A DNA stretch of 64,000 nt from Haliotis rubra (Eukaryota), in the NCBI RefSeq assembly GCF_003918875.1, contig NW_025767279.1, positions 186,001 to 250,000 on the forward strand, written 5' to 3'. Of this stretch, positions 51,613 through 64,000 are shown in pieces (position 1 is the stretch's first letter; each line of letters begins with the position of its first letter). The translations under genes and the position numbers were made by a program. Under the pieces are notes generated by a model. It saw only the letters and a program-made list of their open reading frames with translations, had not been told where the DNA came from and did not search any database.

Positions 51613-51989
51613 ATAATAATAATAATCCGAACGATTACAATAGGTCTCCTGCCTAGAGGCAAGGAGACCTAAAAATGTAATTTAGAGAGCTAGACATACA
51701 TGTATTTAGAAGACAAAGACAGTACTTGGTTTAATGCATTATTCGTTTACTAGTTCCAGGACTAGGACATAAAACTAACATGTGACATCTAAAATTTCGA
51801 ACATTAGGAAGACAGAAGTTTGTGTGTAAATTCTTATATCTAAAATGGTAACAGCGCTGACAATTTCACTTTGTCACAGCGTTATGATATTACGTCCAGG
51901 TAGTTGTGGAGTGAAATTAATGTTTTACGACGCTATGGGTTAACGTTAGTTGGTTTGTAACGTTATGTTTTATGTGGCAAATTTGTTTT

Positions 51990-53258
51990 TTACTTCGAGG
52001 TAACGTTGTATATTACATCGTGGTGACGTTGTTTTACGTTATAAATAGTAAGGTTGTATATTACATCGTGGTAACGTTGATTTACGTTATGTTAACGTTG
52101 TATATTACATCGTGGTAACGTTGTCTCACCTTATGGTAACGTTGTATATTACATCGTGGTAATGTTGTTTCACCTTATGGTAACGTTGTATATTACATCG
52201 TGGTAATGTTGTTTTACGTTATGGTAACGTTGTTTCACCTTATGGTAACGTTGTATGTTACATCGTGGTAACGTTGTTTTACGTTATGGTAACGTTGTTT
52301 CACCTTATGGTAACGTTGTATATTACATCGTGGTAACGTTGTTTCACCTTGTGGTAACGTTGTATATTACATCGTGGTAACGTTGTCTCACCTTATGGTA
52401 ACGTTGTATATTACATCGTGGTAACGTTGTTTCACCTTATGGTAACGTTGTATATTACATCGTGGTAACGTTGTTTCACCTTATGGTAACGTTGTATATT
52501 ACATCGTGGTAACGTTGTCTCACCTTATGGTAACGTTGTATATTACATCGTGGTAATGTTGTTTCACCTTATGGTAACATTGTATATTACATCGTGGTAA
52601 TGTTGTTTTACGTTATGGTAACGTTGTTTCACCTTATGGTAACGCTGTATATTACATCGTGGTAACGTTGTTTCACCTTATGGTAACGTTGTATATTACA
52701 TCGGTGTAACGTTGTTTCACCTTATGGTAACGTTGTATATTACATCGTGATAACGTTGTTTCACCTTATGGTAACGTTGTATATTACATCGTCGTAACGT
52801 TGTTTCACCTTATGGTAACGTTGTATATTACATCGTGGCAACGTTGTTTCACCTTATGGTAACGTTGTATGTTACATCGTGGCAACGTTGTTTTACGTTA
52901 TGGTAACGTTGTATGTTACATCGTGGTAACGTTGTTTCACCTTATGGTCACGTTGTATATTATATCGTGGTAATGTTGTTTCACCTTATGGTAAAGTTGT
53001 ATGTTACATCGTGGTAACGTTGTTTCACCTTATGGTAACGTTGTATATTACATCATGGCAACGTTGTTTCACCTAATGGTAACGTTGTATGTTACATCGT
53101 GGTAACGTTGTTTCACCTTATGGTAACGTATATTACATCGTGGCAACGTTGTTTTACGTTATGCTAACGTTGTATGTTACATCGTGGCAACGTTGTTTTA
53201 CGTTATGGTAACGTTGTATGTTACATCGTGGGGACGTTGTTTTACGTTATGGTAACAT
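51990..53258. repeat. Minisatellite with 44-bp dimeric unit (23 + 21 bp)
   Basis: GGTAACGTTGTATATTACATCGT alternates with GGTAACGTTGTTTCACCTTAT or GGTAACGTTGTTTTACGTTAT. Confidence 0.97.
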
Positions 53259-54094
53259 GGTAGGTTATGCCGACATACAAAGTCAGCGATCTAACCTGCG
53301 ATGGCTGAGTGGGTTAGATCGATGACTGTACGGTGCCTGATTAGGTGCCTGACTCTGAGAGTGTGGGCTCGAATCCCGGATGTACTATCACATATCAATA
53401 GTACTATAATCAGTAATTTAATGAGAAAGTGTTATCCCAAATATAACATAAGTTTCATTTGACCACTTTCTAAATGTTATTGTGTGTTCATAGATTTGGA
53501 TAAGTCACAGAGCAGGAATGATTCCTCCAAACTGATACTTAGTACACATCACTAAGCTGCAAGGTATTTAAACCAAATTCTTCCCTGAACTGTTCACAAA
53601 ACCACCGAATACAACGCGTGCTTTTTCACATGATTGTTCTTTTCCATATTGACACCGCAATTACGATCGCCGATCAATATCGAGATCCACGTTTACTAAG
53701 TGTTTCACGTTCATGTGCGTAATAGAAATTGAACATAAATCACACAATAAGTAAAGTAAGGCTGCACCTTAAGCTTACCTTTATGATAAAATATATCGCA
53801 TAGCCCTCGATACAGGGTCGTTTTCGGATGACACCAGGGTTGGCAATACAACGGGAGACAGCAAGGTTTGAGGACGATTTCTACTGCTGTTAACCCTTTC
53901 AGTTGTGGCTGCTTACAACAGGGAGATGTCGCCTCTCTCTGGCCTTCTGTTGTTGTTTTTGGTTGTTTTTTATGTTAGCACTAGTTGTTATGTGGGATTA
54001 TAAGCAGCCTAAGAGCCCAGTTTTGATAAGAAATGTATCTGAGGCTTTGAAGGTTTGAGTGTTTTCTAAGTGGGTTAGGAGTGTTTGTAGTGTT

Positions 54095-54465
54095 GGGCAT
54101 TCCACGTGAAGACAGACAATGTCCACTTTGTGAATCAAACGCTGTTGGGGACGAGTTTCACTACTTGTTTAGATGTGAAGCTTTTCTCCAATTCCGACGT
54201 CAGTCTCTGAACACTAAATACCTAGAATTTCCAAATGTGTCCATCTTTAAGAAACTCTTGTCTACTACCAGCATAAGCGACCTTAAAGGCCTTTCTAAAT
54301 TACTGAACCATGTATTTAATGCATATAAAAAATGAAATATTGTAATTATCTTATATCTTGCTATCGTGTAAGCTACTGTCTTGTATATTATGTAAATGTA
54401 TATACGTTTATCTCATGTACCGCCGTGGGCGGTTTGTAGAGAATAAAGAGTTTGAGTTTGAGTTA
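54095..54465 (+). mobile_element. LINE 3' fragment
   Basis: IPREDRQCPLC...GDEFHYLFRC, stop, AATAAA, (GAGTTT)n tail. Confidence 0.85.
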
Positions 54466-55376
54466 GTGTGTCGAGTTGATGCCCAGTTTACTCTGGAGCA
54501 CCACTTTGTGTTGTTGGTAGTGTATGTACTGTGATACAAGCCGTAATTCTATTTGTCAGCTAAATGTCTCAAATGATTAAAAGTTAAAATGAAAATAACC
54601 CCTTCTCAGGTGTAATCGAACGTTTGTATTGATTCTGGTGTGTTTAGAAAAGAGACGTCACTTTATGACATCGATCCAATATACTGCCTTTGTTTTGTTT
54701 GAATGTAATGATATCGTCAGTTTGAATGGACGATTCTCCATTAGAGGTAATGGATGTGACTTAATGGTGGCCGGTTATCACGTTGTTTGAGTGCGAGATC
54801 TTTCACAAATAGCGCTACCGTCCTGTTGCATTATTTATCGAATTGACACTTACATCCAACACATTTAGAATCCATAGTTGATTCCATGATGTGCTGTTCA
54901 GGTAGCGTGAACAAACGACACACCTGATTGAGTAGAAATTGACAACTATCCAATGCTCAAAATTTTAAACCTATATTCTAATTCCATATACAAGCTTCCC
55001 AATTTATATCATTATAAAATTGAATATCCCCTAAATATTTAATATTTGTTGCATAAAACATGTTTGTCATACCTCAATGACACAAGTATGCAAATTAGAT
55101 AACTGGAAGGGAGATTTTTGTTTATGTGAGACGACTGTTTGATTCGAAAGGTAAATATCAACGATATTATACCGGAGATGCGATCAAATGAGACCAATTT
55201 TTTTCGGTTATTACTGTTATTAAAGTTTCAGTTATTCTGCAAAACCCTTTCCAAGTATTGTTTATAAATAGTCCGAGGAACCGTTCCCTCTCACGAATGG
55301 ATATGTCAAAAATGAATTAACAGGTTGTATGTTTTGGTTCACACGGCAATCATACGATATATACCATAGATTGTGT

Positions 55377-55592
55377 ACCGGTGAAGATCTGAGTTAGAAT
55401 TAGTCTTTATCAAACGCAGGGGACTAATGGGACTGGACCACTGCTTTGGTTGACAATGTCATCGTGTCTTAACTGCGTAGATCGATGCTCATCATGTTGA
55501 TCACTTGGCTGTCTGGTCAGGACTCGATATTTACAGACTGACGGAAGAAGCTGGAATGTTGCTGATTGCGGCGTTACACAACAAACACACAA
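55377..55592 (+). mobile_element. Family B SINE (diverged)
   Basis: Starts ACCGGTGAAGATCTGAGTTAGAATT; same body. Confidence 0.7.
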
Positions 55593-56105
55593 ACATTTCG
55601 TGTGAACCCATATGTGACGGCAGTTATAATTGGCACACATGTAACACGGAAGTAATGGTGGAAGATAATACTGGCTTAATACACGACATGGCCTGATAAC
55701 AGAATTATCGTCCGTCGCGATACAGCTGGAAGTACTGTAAAATCAGTTTAAAACCTTCCCATTTCAGTACCCACAAAAACATCAAGAAACTGCTATGATA
55801 CAATATACCGTGCAATCTCGATTCCACAGTCACAGTTAGTTCGGAAACCCGGCTTTCTGGAAAGTTACTGATAATGACGTCTAATCGATGATGGGTGTGT
55901 TAGGTGTTTCACGTCACCTTCAACAGTCATACAGAGATATGACGCTGACCTGTAGTCAACGATTAAGTAATTAACTCAGAGTACAGTTGTAGGTTGGAGG
56001 GAGAAGGAAAGGGAGGCTTGTGCAATCACCTGAACATTGAGTTGTTTGTTACATTCAGTATAGCAGCAATTTAAGGTCGCTTCGTAAAACGGGACTCGTT
56101 TTGGA

Positions 56106-56927
56106 ATGATCCAGAAAAGCCTTTCCATAACTGGGATATGTATATCACATGTCAAACGAAATCGTCAAGACGTTTTGTCACCATCCGAAACGGAATTAGA
56201 CATAGAACCGAAACGACAGTGCTCACTTAATTCAGATTCGGTAAACCTTGGTCCATCTCCGAACATGAGTGATAAAGAAAGTTCTGACGATTACCCCTCG
56301 GAGGTATTCCTCGAGAAGTTATCAGAAACACTTCATTCTAAGGAAGTCATGTCCGTTCTGTGTGGTACTTTGTCTGAGATAATTAGACCCATGTTGCGTG
56401 AAGAGATAGACAAACTCTCAGCTCAGCATATTCAACTCAAAGATACTCCCTCCACCCTTAACAATAAGTTGACAGAAAAAGATCAAGTGATTCGGGATCT
56501 AACATATCGCCTAGACAGGAGTGAGCAATACTCTCGGAGAAACAATCTCCGTATATCGGGGATTCCTGTGGTCGAAGGTGAGAGCACTGACGACCTAGTG
56601 GTCAGTCTCAGCAAGTCCTGCGGAGTGGACATAAGTCCACGGGACATAGACATCAGTCACAGTGTGCCGAGGCGACCCACCACAGTAACAACCCCTCCAA
56701 GACCGATCTTAGTTAGATTTGTAAGCAATGCTACTAAGAGGTCATTACTCAAAGTCAGGTCCAAACTCAAACAAGTGAGGAAGCCCAACGCTCTTAAGAT
56801 GTTCATTAATGAGGACCTAACCCGCCCCAGAGCCATCCCAGCTAGTAAGGCCAGGAAGCTGGTGTCTGACAAGTGGGTGGAGTCCACGTGGGTCACGGGG
56901 AGGAGTAATCCTCATCAAGCTGCTTGA
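56106..56927 (+). mobile_element. LINE ORF1 (coiled coil + RRM-type), ORF2 absent
   Basis: LEQYSRRNNLRISGIP-like motif, DID.SH, PRPILVRF, FINEDLT; 3' frameshift. Confidence 0.85.
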
Positions 56928-57116
56928 TGTGGCTCAGTCAAAAAGGTAGCCACTTCGAGGATGTATGTGAATCTACGAGACTCAAGATGGTATTTAGTCT
57001 CAGTCAGTCTCACTCAGGATTCTTAGGATTATGTAGCATGTGAAACCCATCATAAGTGACTTGATGACACGGTATCCAGTGTGAACATACAACATTTCAA
57101 TATCCAAATTGTGGTA

Positions 57117-58402
57117 CAGTACAACCAGACATTATTGAGAATTTAAAGATTGTACTTTTAAAAAAAAAATTCACTCATTACTCACGTATTAAATGTGAAT
57201 ATTAGCAGAACATAACTCCAGATTCAAAGACAGGTGAACAGTGAGTATTTTGTCAAGTCACCATTGGCAGCAATGCAGGTTTCAATGCGGCGGGGCATAC
57301 TACTGAGCAAAGAAGTTAGAAAGTCGTGGTCCATGCTGTCCCAATATCTGACCACCTCTTCCTTCATTTCAGCAATATTTGTCAGATTTTTCTTATTGAC
57401 ACTATCCTTCATAAGTCCCCAAACATTTTCTATTGGATTTAGGTCAGGGCTACAGCTTGGCCAATCTAATAATGTCATATTTTGGGTCCGAAACCAGGCC
57501 TGTGAATGCTTTGAACGATGTTTTGGGTCGTTGTCCTGCTGGAAAATCCAAAAAATATCCATAGAACACGTGAGCAGATGGAAGTGAATGTCCCTCGAGA
57601 ATATCTGTGTATCGCCCACTGTTCATATTCCCTTCGAATACACAGAGGGGATATGCCACCCCACACGTTAAATTTCGGACTGTACTTTGGGCGCTGCTAC
57701 AAAGGTTTTTTCAGTTTGTTTGGTGCAGAATTTCAGTGTATTAGGAAACAGCCACACAGAACTTTTATCTGAGAAAATCACACTGTCCCAGTTAAGATTT
57801 CTATGCTGTAAGCACCAGTTCAACCTTTGCTCCTTTTCTTCAGGTTTCATGATCGGTGATGGAACTCCTCGACTTTTCTGCCAACCCATTGCATGCAGCT
57901 CAGTTCTAATTGTCTCCTTACAGACAGCCACAGTTCCTCTATCAATCATATCCAGCCTTAAGTTTTCTAAACTCCTTCGTTTGTTTTTAGAAACGAGAAT
58001 ACCAAGCCGCCTCCTGTCATCGACAGTCAATTTTCTGGGCCTACCTGCGCCTCCCTGGTGCTTCGTGTCATATCCATTTGCAATATTTTTTCAAAACACG
58101 ATAAACAGTGGACAAAGGGATGCCTGTTCTACTTGAAATCACTTTAGCTGATCTGCTGTCCTTGTTATAATACTCTGAAATCAACTTTCTCTTCTCTAAA
58201 TCATCCATACTGAGGATCACTGAAAATGTCGTCTGCTAGCAAGTAAACAAAGGGGGATAACTCTTCAGAAACTAAAGAAAAAGGATTAACGGAGTTGTCT
58301 CTCTTGAATGAAACCAAGCACTTGATAGCTGGTCAAGATTGTTTATACTAGAAATCCAATTAAACATATTCCTAAAATTCTCAATAATTTCTGGTCATAC
58401 TA
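57117..58402 (-). mobile_element. Tc1-family transposon with both TIRs, frameshifted transposase (about 57224-58208)
   Basis: About 28-bp TIRs CAGTACAACCAGACATTATTGAGAATTT / AAATTCTCAATAATTTCTGGTCATACTA; TA flanks; FSD, WGGIS, QQDNDPKH, SPDLNPIENVW. Confidence 0.92.
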
Positions 58403-60718
58403 TATTACGATGTACCTTATCATTGCTTCTTTTGATTTTGTTCACTTATCTGAGTATATCTTCAGTTGAAGTGCTGGAAACGTCTGGTAAAATTGCATGG
58501 AAACACTATCTGTGATATTAACAGTGGGTTAAGGCTATGCCATGTTGTGTTTAGCATCAATGTGAATTTTACTGGTAATCTAAAACTACGTACATAAACA
58601 TCAGGAATCCGCTGACAATCTACCATCACTTGATTACAGTTTCATTCTGAATCTGCTAACATAAATTTAGCTGATATTGAAGCTTGTTGTTTTTGTGTTA
58701 TTTTGTATTTCTTTTGAATAAACTAATATTTTATCGGATTTCATTGGATACCATGTCATCTGCTCACTGCTTGTCTCTCTGATGGATACGTTTGAGATAT
58801 CCCGTTTACCAAAGCCAAAGCGGAGCTATGAAAACGCCGGAAACTTAAGCCCAAGGAGAATGTTGTGCTCAGAGAGTCCGCTGTATGGCAGGCTGGGGCA
58901 GGTTGAGACAATCATAGTTATCATTTTCAAAGCGACGCCATTAAATCACCGGGAAATGAAGGATAACGAGGAGCTCCCCTTTGGGCCAAACAAGCAAAAC
59001 GAATAAACAAAACGGAAGGTAACATAGTGAAATTATCAGCGTATGCAAATGGTGACCTCTACATTAAATCTCAGATGTCAGACTTTAACCACTGTCTGTT
59101 AATACCCAGTTATCTAATTTACTATACACTTAACAGGCGAAATTAACGAGAGTAAACGAGAGGCCCATACACTGCATGAAATATATGGCCATTCAGTTTA
59201 ACAATATATACTATGACACAAAATAAGGGATATTCAAATGAAAAGCTGTTGCAACTATTGCAACGATTACTGACTGTGGAAAGATAAGAGCTGGCGACGC
59301 AGTGAAGTTCAGTCATGCTAATTGCTCGTGGCCGTTTCTGACTTGACAGGCGCCGCATGTTAAAACAACAGCACACGTGAAACTGAGTTTAAAACAAGAT
59401 TAGAGTAAATTCCAGTCTGTTCTTTACTGAAATGTACTTATACACACAGACACTCACTGTAGATGTGGAATGTACATAATTGGCGTGTTACCACGAAATT
59501 TATACACCTATTCTCACGAAATGTGCACCATTTGTAATTTTACGTGTCTCCCCATTAAAAACATCAACAACATTTTTACTGATTTCACCTGTTCATTTCA
59601 TGATCATATTAGGGACCGTTCATAATTCGTGGCTAAAGGGTGGGGGGGGGGTGGGGGTGGGGAAATGATGATTTTAAGGGGGTCACCCATTTTGTTCTGG
59701 GCAGCTAGGAGGGGTAATCAATTTGGTACATTAAAATATGTTTAAAATTATGCTTAGAAATTATGGGAAGGGTGGGGGGTCATTCACATTGTACATGCTT
59801 CTCCATAAAAATCATCATCACCCCCCGTAGTCATAAATTAATTATCCGAAACATAGAATTTGTTAATGATCTTTTATTCATGTGTGTGACTCAGGGTAAC
59901 AAGTTAGTCAAGATCACCAAATTAGATCTACAACAATTTGAGTGAATATTTCACTGTAAATATTCATCTAGTATGAACAAAACAGATTACATTTCGACAT
60001 AAGGTATTGTTCCTTTCGCCCATACCCAGAACATTTCTTTATATGGTGTAATGGTTAGAATGTGTGTTTAATATGAAGTCTCCATAAAAGTGTAATCCAC
60101 GTTCCCACATGCAAATGACCTAATTATTTTAAAAATTGTATGTATTTATTACATAGTATGCCTTATTTACAGTCTTATATAGGGACAATACAATATCAAT
60201 CTCACAGCCACTAAATGGACCTATTCAGTAGTAATAACCAAGTGAAGGTGATGCGCTTCCTTTACACTTTAAACGTTTGGTGGGTGCTAAAGGACGTCTG
60301 TGTAATCCACGTTATGTAATCTACATGACCTCATTTCCAAAGGAGCATAACTGTGTTCGCGATGTGCACACAAAAGTTATGTACCTTTGGCACTGACCAT
60401 CCACTGGTTCAAGAAGTAATATTGGCGCAGTCATCCAAGAGCCAAAAGCATATGGCATGACAGACGCTTTGTTCAGTGGTGTGATTGAAACGTGAACGAT
60501 TGTCCAGTGACATTTTACAGTTCATCACACGCTACCAGGTCTACTCAGGTAAGAGACTTTTTTATGGATTTAAAGTTATGAGATGAATTCTTCTGAACAA
60601 TAAATGATTATTTGCTTACAACTGGCTTATCTACGGTATCATTGTTGATATTCTACATCAAACTAAACACGTAACGTCATTACAGTTTGGATGGATTCTC
60701 ACTGTTTTTCTGTACTGT

Positions 60719-61438
60719 CATTCTTTTCCCACAGAGGTTACTTGCCATATCTTCCTACGAACCTCTGTTCTAATACGGCCAATCGTAAAATCCCCTAGCG
60801 GCAAAAGATCGCAACACGAATTATCTCCCCTTCTTCCTATCCAATCAGAACACGTGTTACATCGACTTAGATTCAATTTGAATAACACAAGCAAATGTGG
60901 GGCCCCATCTACCGGGGACTTGTGTTGATGTTACACACAAGACGTTTAATGGCTAGCTTGTCCCGTTGTCAACGTGGGCGATGGAGACGCCACTGATCCG
61001 CCATAACATGACTGAGTTCTGTCTAGAAAACACGTTTGCGCATCGCGCAGGGGAAGAGGTTTAGTTTTCTCGAAGCATACGGAAATTACCGAGGCCTTGC
61101 GAATGATCACTTTTGAAACAACGTCGCTGATTGCACAACTAAATCTGATTGCCTCCAATCGCGAGTCTTGAACGCTCACACCATGAAAGGGCCGTATTAG
61201 AACAGAGGTTACGTAGGAAGATATGACAGGAGTAACCTCTGTTGGACTGACTGACTGACTGAGTTTAGTTTTACGCTGCTTTTAGCAATATTCCAGCAAT
61301 ATCACGGCGGGGGACACCAGAAATGGGCTTAACACATTGTGCCCATGTGGGGAATCGAACCCGGGTCTTCGACGTGACGAGCCAACGCTTTAACCACTAG
61401 GCTACCCCACCGCCCCTAACCTTTGTTGGAAGAGAATG
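60719..61438. mobile_element. MITE with about 65-bp TIRs; right TIR interrupted by a SINE
   Basis: ACAGAGGTTACT...ATATCTTCCTACG.AACCTCTGTTCTAATACGGCC at 60732-60780 is inverted at 61189-61246. Confidence 0.75.
61247..61416 (-). mobile_element. tRNA-derived SINE (family A)
   Basis: Near-identical to 7569-7740; TSD TAACCT(C/T)TGTTGGA. Confidence 0.93.
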
Positions 61439-61498
61439 CTGGACTGTCTGTACTTTGAATAATGAATGAAACGAAGAAACTGTTAATCACTTTTGTAT

Positions 61499-62240
61499 TG
61501 TAGGAAAATGGGGTTTTGTTGGGAATAGAAGTTATTTTCTTTTCACATTATTGGGGGTTGTAATATATATATATTTAGTGAGAAGTTTTAGGTAGCAGTT
61601 TCCGGGAGTAAGTGATTTCTCCAGAGGTTGCTTGTAGTTAATAAAATTCCGCTTTTTACCTTCGTTTGGCTGTAAAATTCCGTTGGAATTATTCCTTTCC
61701 CGGACAGTTGACAGTCACGGCATGCGCTGCCATGCCGTGCTCGGATTGCCGTGGCCCGGTGTGTATTCTGTTTGCATTCCGAGTGCGGTATGGTAGAGCT
61801 GTCGTGATTGGTCGGCTGACTCCATTGCGGGCCAATGGGAGTTAGGCTACTTCTCCCGGGTCAAAGGTTAGCGCGCGGGGTATTTAAGGGCCTGTAATGC
61901 TCAGAGAAGTCGCTTGCTTCAGGACATCCTGACCGAACAGTAAGTCGGGAGGTCTTCCTCCTTTCCCTAGGTTTTATATAGTATTATTTTGCATGTAGAG
62001 TAGGAGAACATTTAGTGGGTTGGGGGAAACGATAGGATTAGAGTAGGCTTTGTATGTAGGAATTAATTAGTTAGGACTTTCTTTTTCTTTGGGTCTTATA
62101 GACTGCTAGTTGTGAGTGTGTGTCATGCTGGCTTCTATTTATTTTGTTAAGTTTGGCTTAGTTTGTTTTTATTAATTAATAAACTGTATTTATTTGGTGA
62201 AATCTGAACTTTGTTCTTATTTTGTGAAGAATCTTTTACA
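61499..62240 (+). mobile_element. Possible solo LTR
   Basis: TGTA...TACA ends, ATTGG/CCAAT boxes, TATTTAA at 61881, AATAAA near 62178; no TSD found. Confidence 0.4.
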
Positions 62241-62459
62241 ATGACTTGAACAACCATAGAACCTGAAATAAGGTCCATGAAAGGTTCCGCTCTCCAGGTA
62301 CCAGATTAACATCTAATTAAAAATACACAACGCAAAGTCAACAACGGAGAGCGTTAAATAACAACATCGAACCTTGATATATGAACCTTACTGTCACTGG
62401 GTGACCTCCCTCAGCGGAGGCGCCTATTACAGTATCTTTTGTTTTGACTGTGTGTATAC

Positions 62460-62554
62460 GTTAGCACCCTCCTCAAGGGTGATATGGATTTCAACGCTCG
62501 AGCCGTCAGGCGAGAGCGTTGAATCCATATCACCCGCAGAGGGGGGGTGCTAAC
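62460..62554. other. 95-bp imperfect palindrome upstream of the recombinase gene
   Basis: GTTAGCACCC..GGGTGATATGGATT.CAACGCTC / GAGCGTTG.AATCCATATCACCC..GGGTGCTAAC. Confidence 0.9.
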
Positions 62555-62669
62555 CTACTTACACCACGTGGGCGCCGAATGGACTCGTCCATCGCTTGTT
62601 GCACGGGCGTTTCCTGACCGCCAAGGTTACGCGTACACTTGGTTTTGGGAAGAGAAATCATTGTGCAAC

Positions 62670-63631
62670 ATGAATTCAGCAGACGACGAGCTTTGTCGGG
62701 CGTCACAAGAAGCGGAGGCAAGCCTTATTTATAATGATAGCTATTTTGAATTGTTTGAAGCCTCTCAAATTATTGAAAAAGAAGTTCAAGAAGGTAAAAC
62801 TGCAGAACGTTTTTATGAAGCTAATGATGGTGACATTGAGAAACGTGCGTTGGATTCTGTGCCTACTAACACCCAGCGACGGGATAAATGGGCGTACAAC
62901 ACGTTTACTGCCTGGGCTATCGCCGTAAATAATCGGAGGGGGGGAGGACGAAAACCGGTTACTGTTTTGGAAGATATGGGACTTGACGAGCTAGCTTATT
63001 TCATGTCAAAGTTTGTTCTGGAAGTTAGAAAAAAAGATGGCTGTGAATACCCCCCAAATTCACTCTTTCAAATAGTTATGGGTATACAATCATACATAAA
63101 GACTGTTTCTAAACGAAATGTTGAATTTCTCCAGTCTGATGTGTTCGAAGAATTCCGCCAGGTTCTTGACGGAGAGATGAAAAGACTGACACGTAAGGGG
63201 TTGGGACAAAGCGTTAAGAAAGCTGAAGCTATCAGTGCTGACGAGGAGGAGCTGCTATGGAGGAGTGGTCAACTTGGAGACCGGAACCCGCGAGTACTGG
63301 TGAACACCTTGCTTTACCTGAATGGCAAACATTTTGGACTTCGTAGTGGCCACGAACAAAGAAAGCTAAAGCACAAAAACTCACAAATATCCCTGAAGAC
63401 GAGTCCTGAAGGACACGAGTACTTGTGTTACCGGGAAGATTACTCTAAAACTGTGCAAGGGGGCCTGAAGCATAGAAGAGTTACCCCTAAAGAGATCGAA
63501 CATTACACAGGTAGTAATCCTGCCCGATGTCATGTTCGTCTGTTTAAGAAGTACTTATCACTGTGTCCTCCAGACGGCCATGATGACGCTTTGTATCTTC
63601 AAGCTCTTCAGTCTCCGACAGATAAGTGTTG
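62670..63631 (+). CDS. Crypton-type tyrosine recombinase / DUF3504 (ZMYM/QRICH1/KCTD1-related) first coding exon; probably continues beyond the window
   Basis: FVLEVRKKDG.EYPPNSL, LDGEMKRL...G, EEELLW..G.LG..NP..L, FGLRSG.E, SKT.QGG, RC.VRLF..Y; uninterrupted ORF ending at donor TG|GTAAGT (63632). Confidence 0.85.
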
Positions 63632-64000
63632 GTAAGTGTTTCGTGAGTTTACAACTTCGGGTTTTAATGTGACAATGTCAGAGATGCATTCATATCCAAA
63701 TATTCATCAAGATATTGTTAAAATAAATATTTTTGATCAGCGAAATGAAAAATATTTCATTCAAACCAGACCATTCGTTCAAACTAGTGTATACACTTCA
63801 TCCTATACATGAACCTACATTTGTGTACAAGCTCTTGTTTACATGGAGACGTAACATTATATTACAGCCGTCTGATTTAAAAGCACTTTCATGTCAATGA
63901 ATAGCAGATTTATTGTTAGAAATAAACATAAAATAAAAAGTATCTATTAAAAACATGCAATACACCCAATGTTCAGTATTGGATTGGCCAGAGTCTATAA

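Larger units (their letters stand above)
48605..51672 (+). mobile_element. Non-autonomous Helentron/HINE-like element (about 0.7 kb) split by a retrotransposon
   Basis: Absent at the paralogous site near 33205; internal (TAA)n; 3' hairpin TAGGTCTCCT...AGGAGACCTA (51641-51671) followed by an A-run. Confidence 0.55.

Noticed and set aside
51990-53258. CRISPR-like array (constant core plus variable spacers)
   Set aside because: The spacers are only three recurring 10-12-nt variants, there are no cas genes, and the context is eukaryotic; it is a minisatellite.
59638-59662. G-quadruplex-forming run as a regulatory element
   Set aside because: It lies in the end of a small MITE-like repeat, with no independent evidence of function.

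Overview
AT-rich, repeat-dense animal genomic DNA with two N-gaps. The SINE repertoire looks molluscan, probably a gastropod such as abalone (my inference). The only host gene family is a four-copy cluster of single-coding-exon, multi-pass membrane proteins of the TMEM121/CECR6 family, arranged + + - -. Two copies are disrupted (6638-7359, 23431-24350) and two are intact (30679-31647, 45350-46312), each inside a >10-kb duplicated unit, with an inversion centre near 27-29.5 kb. The rest is mobile DNA: many LINE fragments; a tRNA-head SINE; a head-less Meta-type SINE with a structured, precisely defined 5' end; a tRNA-like foldback element; two Tc1 elements; a nested Harbinger/TTAA-element/Sola stack; an R4/Dong-type retrotransposon doublet inside the (TAA)n of a Helentron-like element; a 44-bp minisatellite; and a Crypton-type (DUF3504) tyrosine-recombinase gene running off the right edge. 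No rRNA, genuine tRNA or CRISPR array. All family names come from motif recognition, not database searches.
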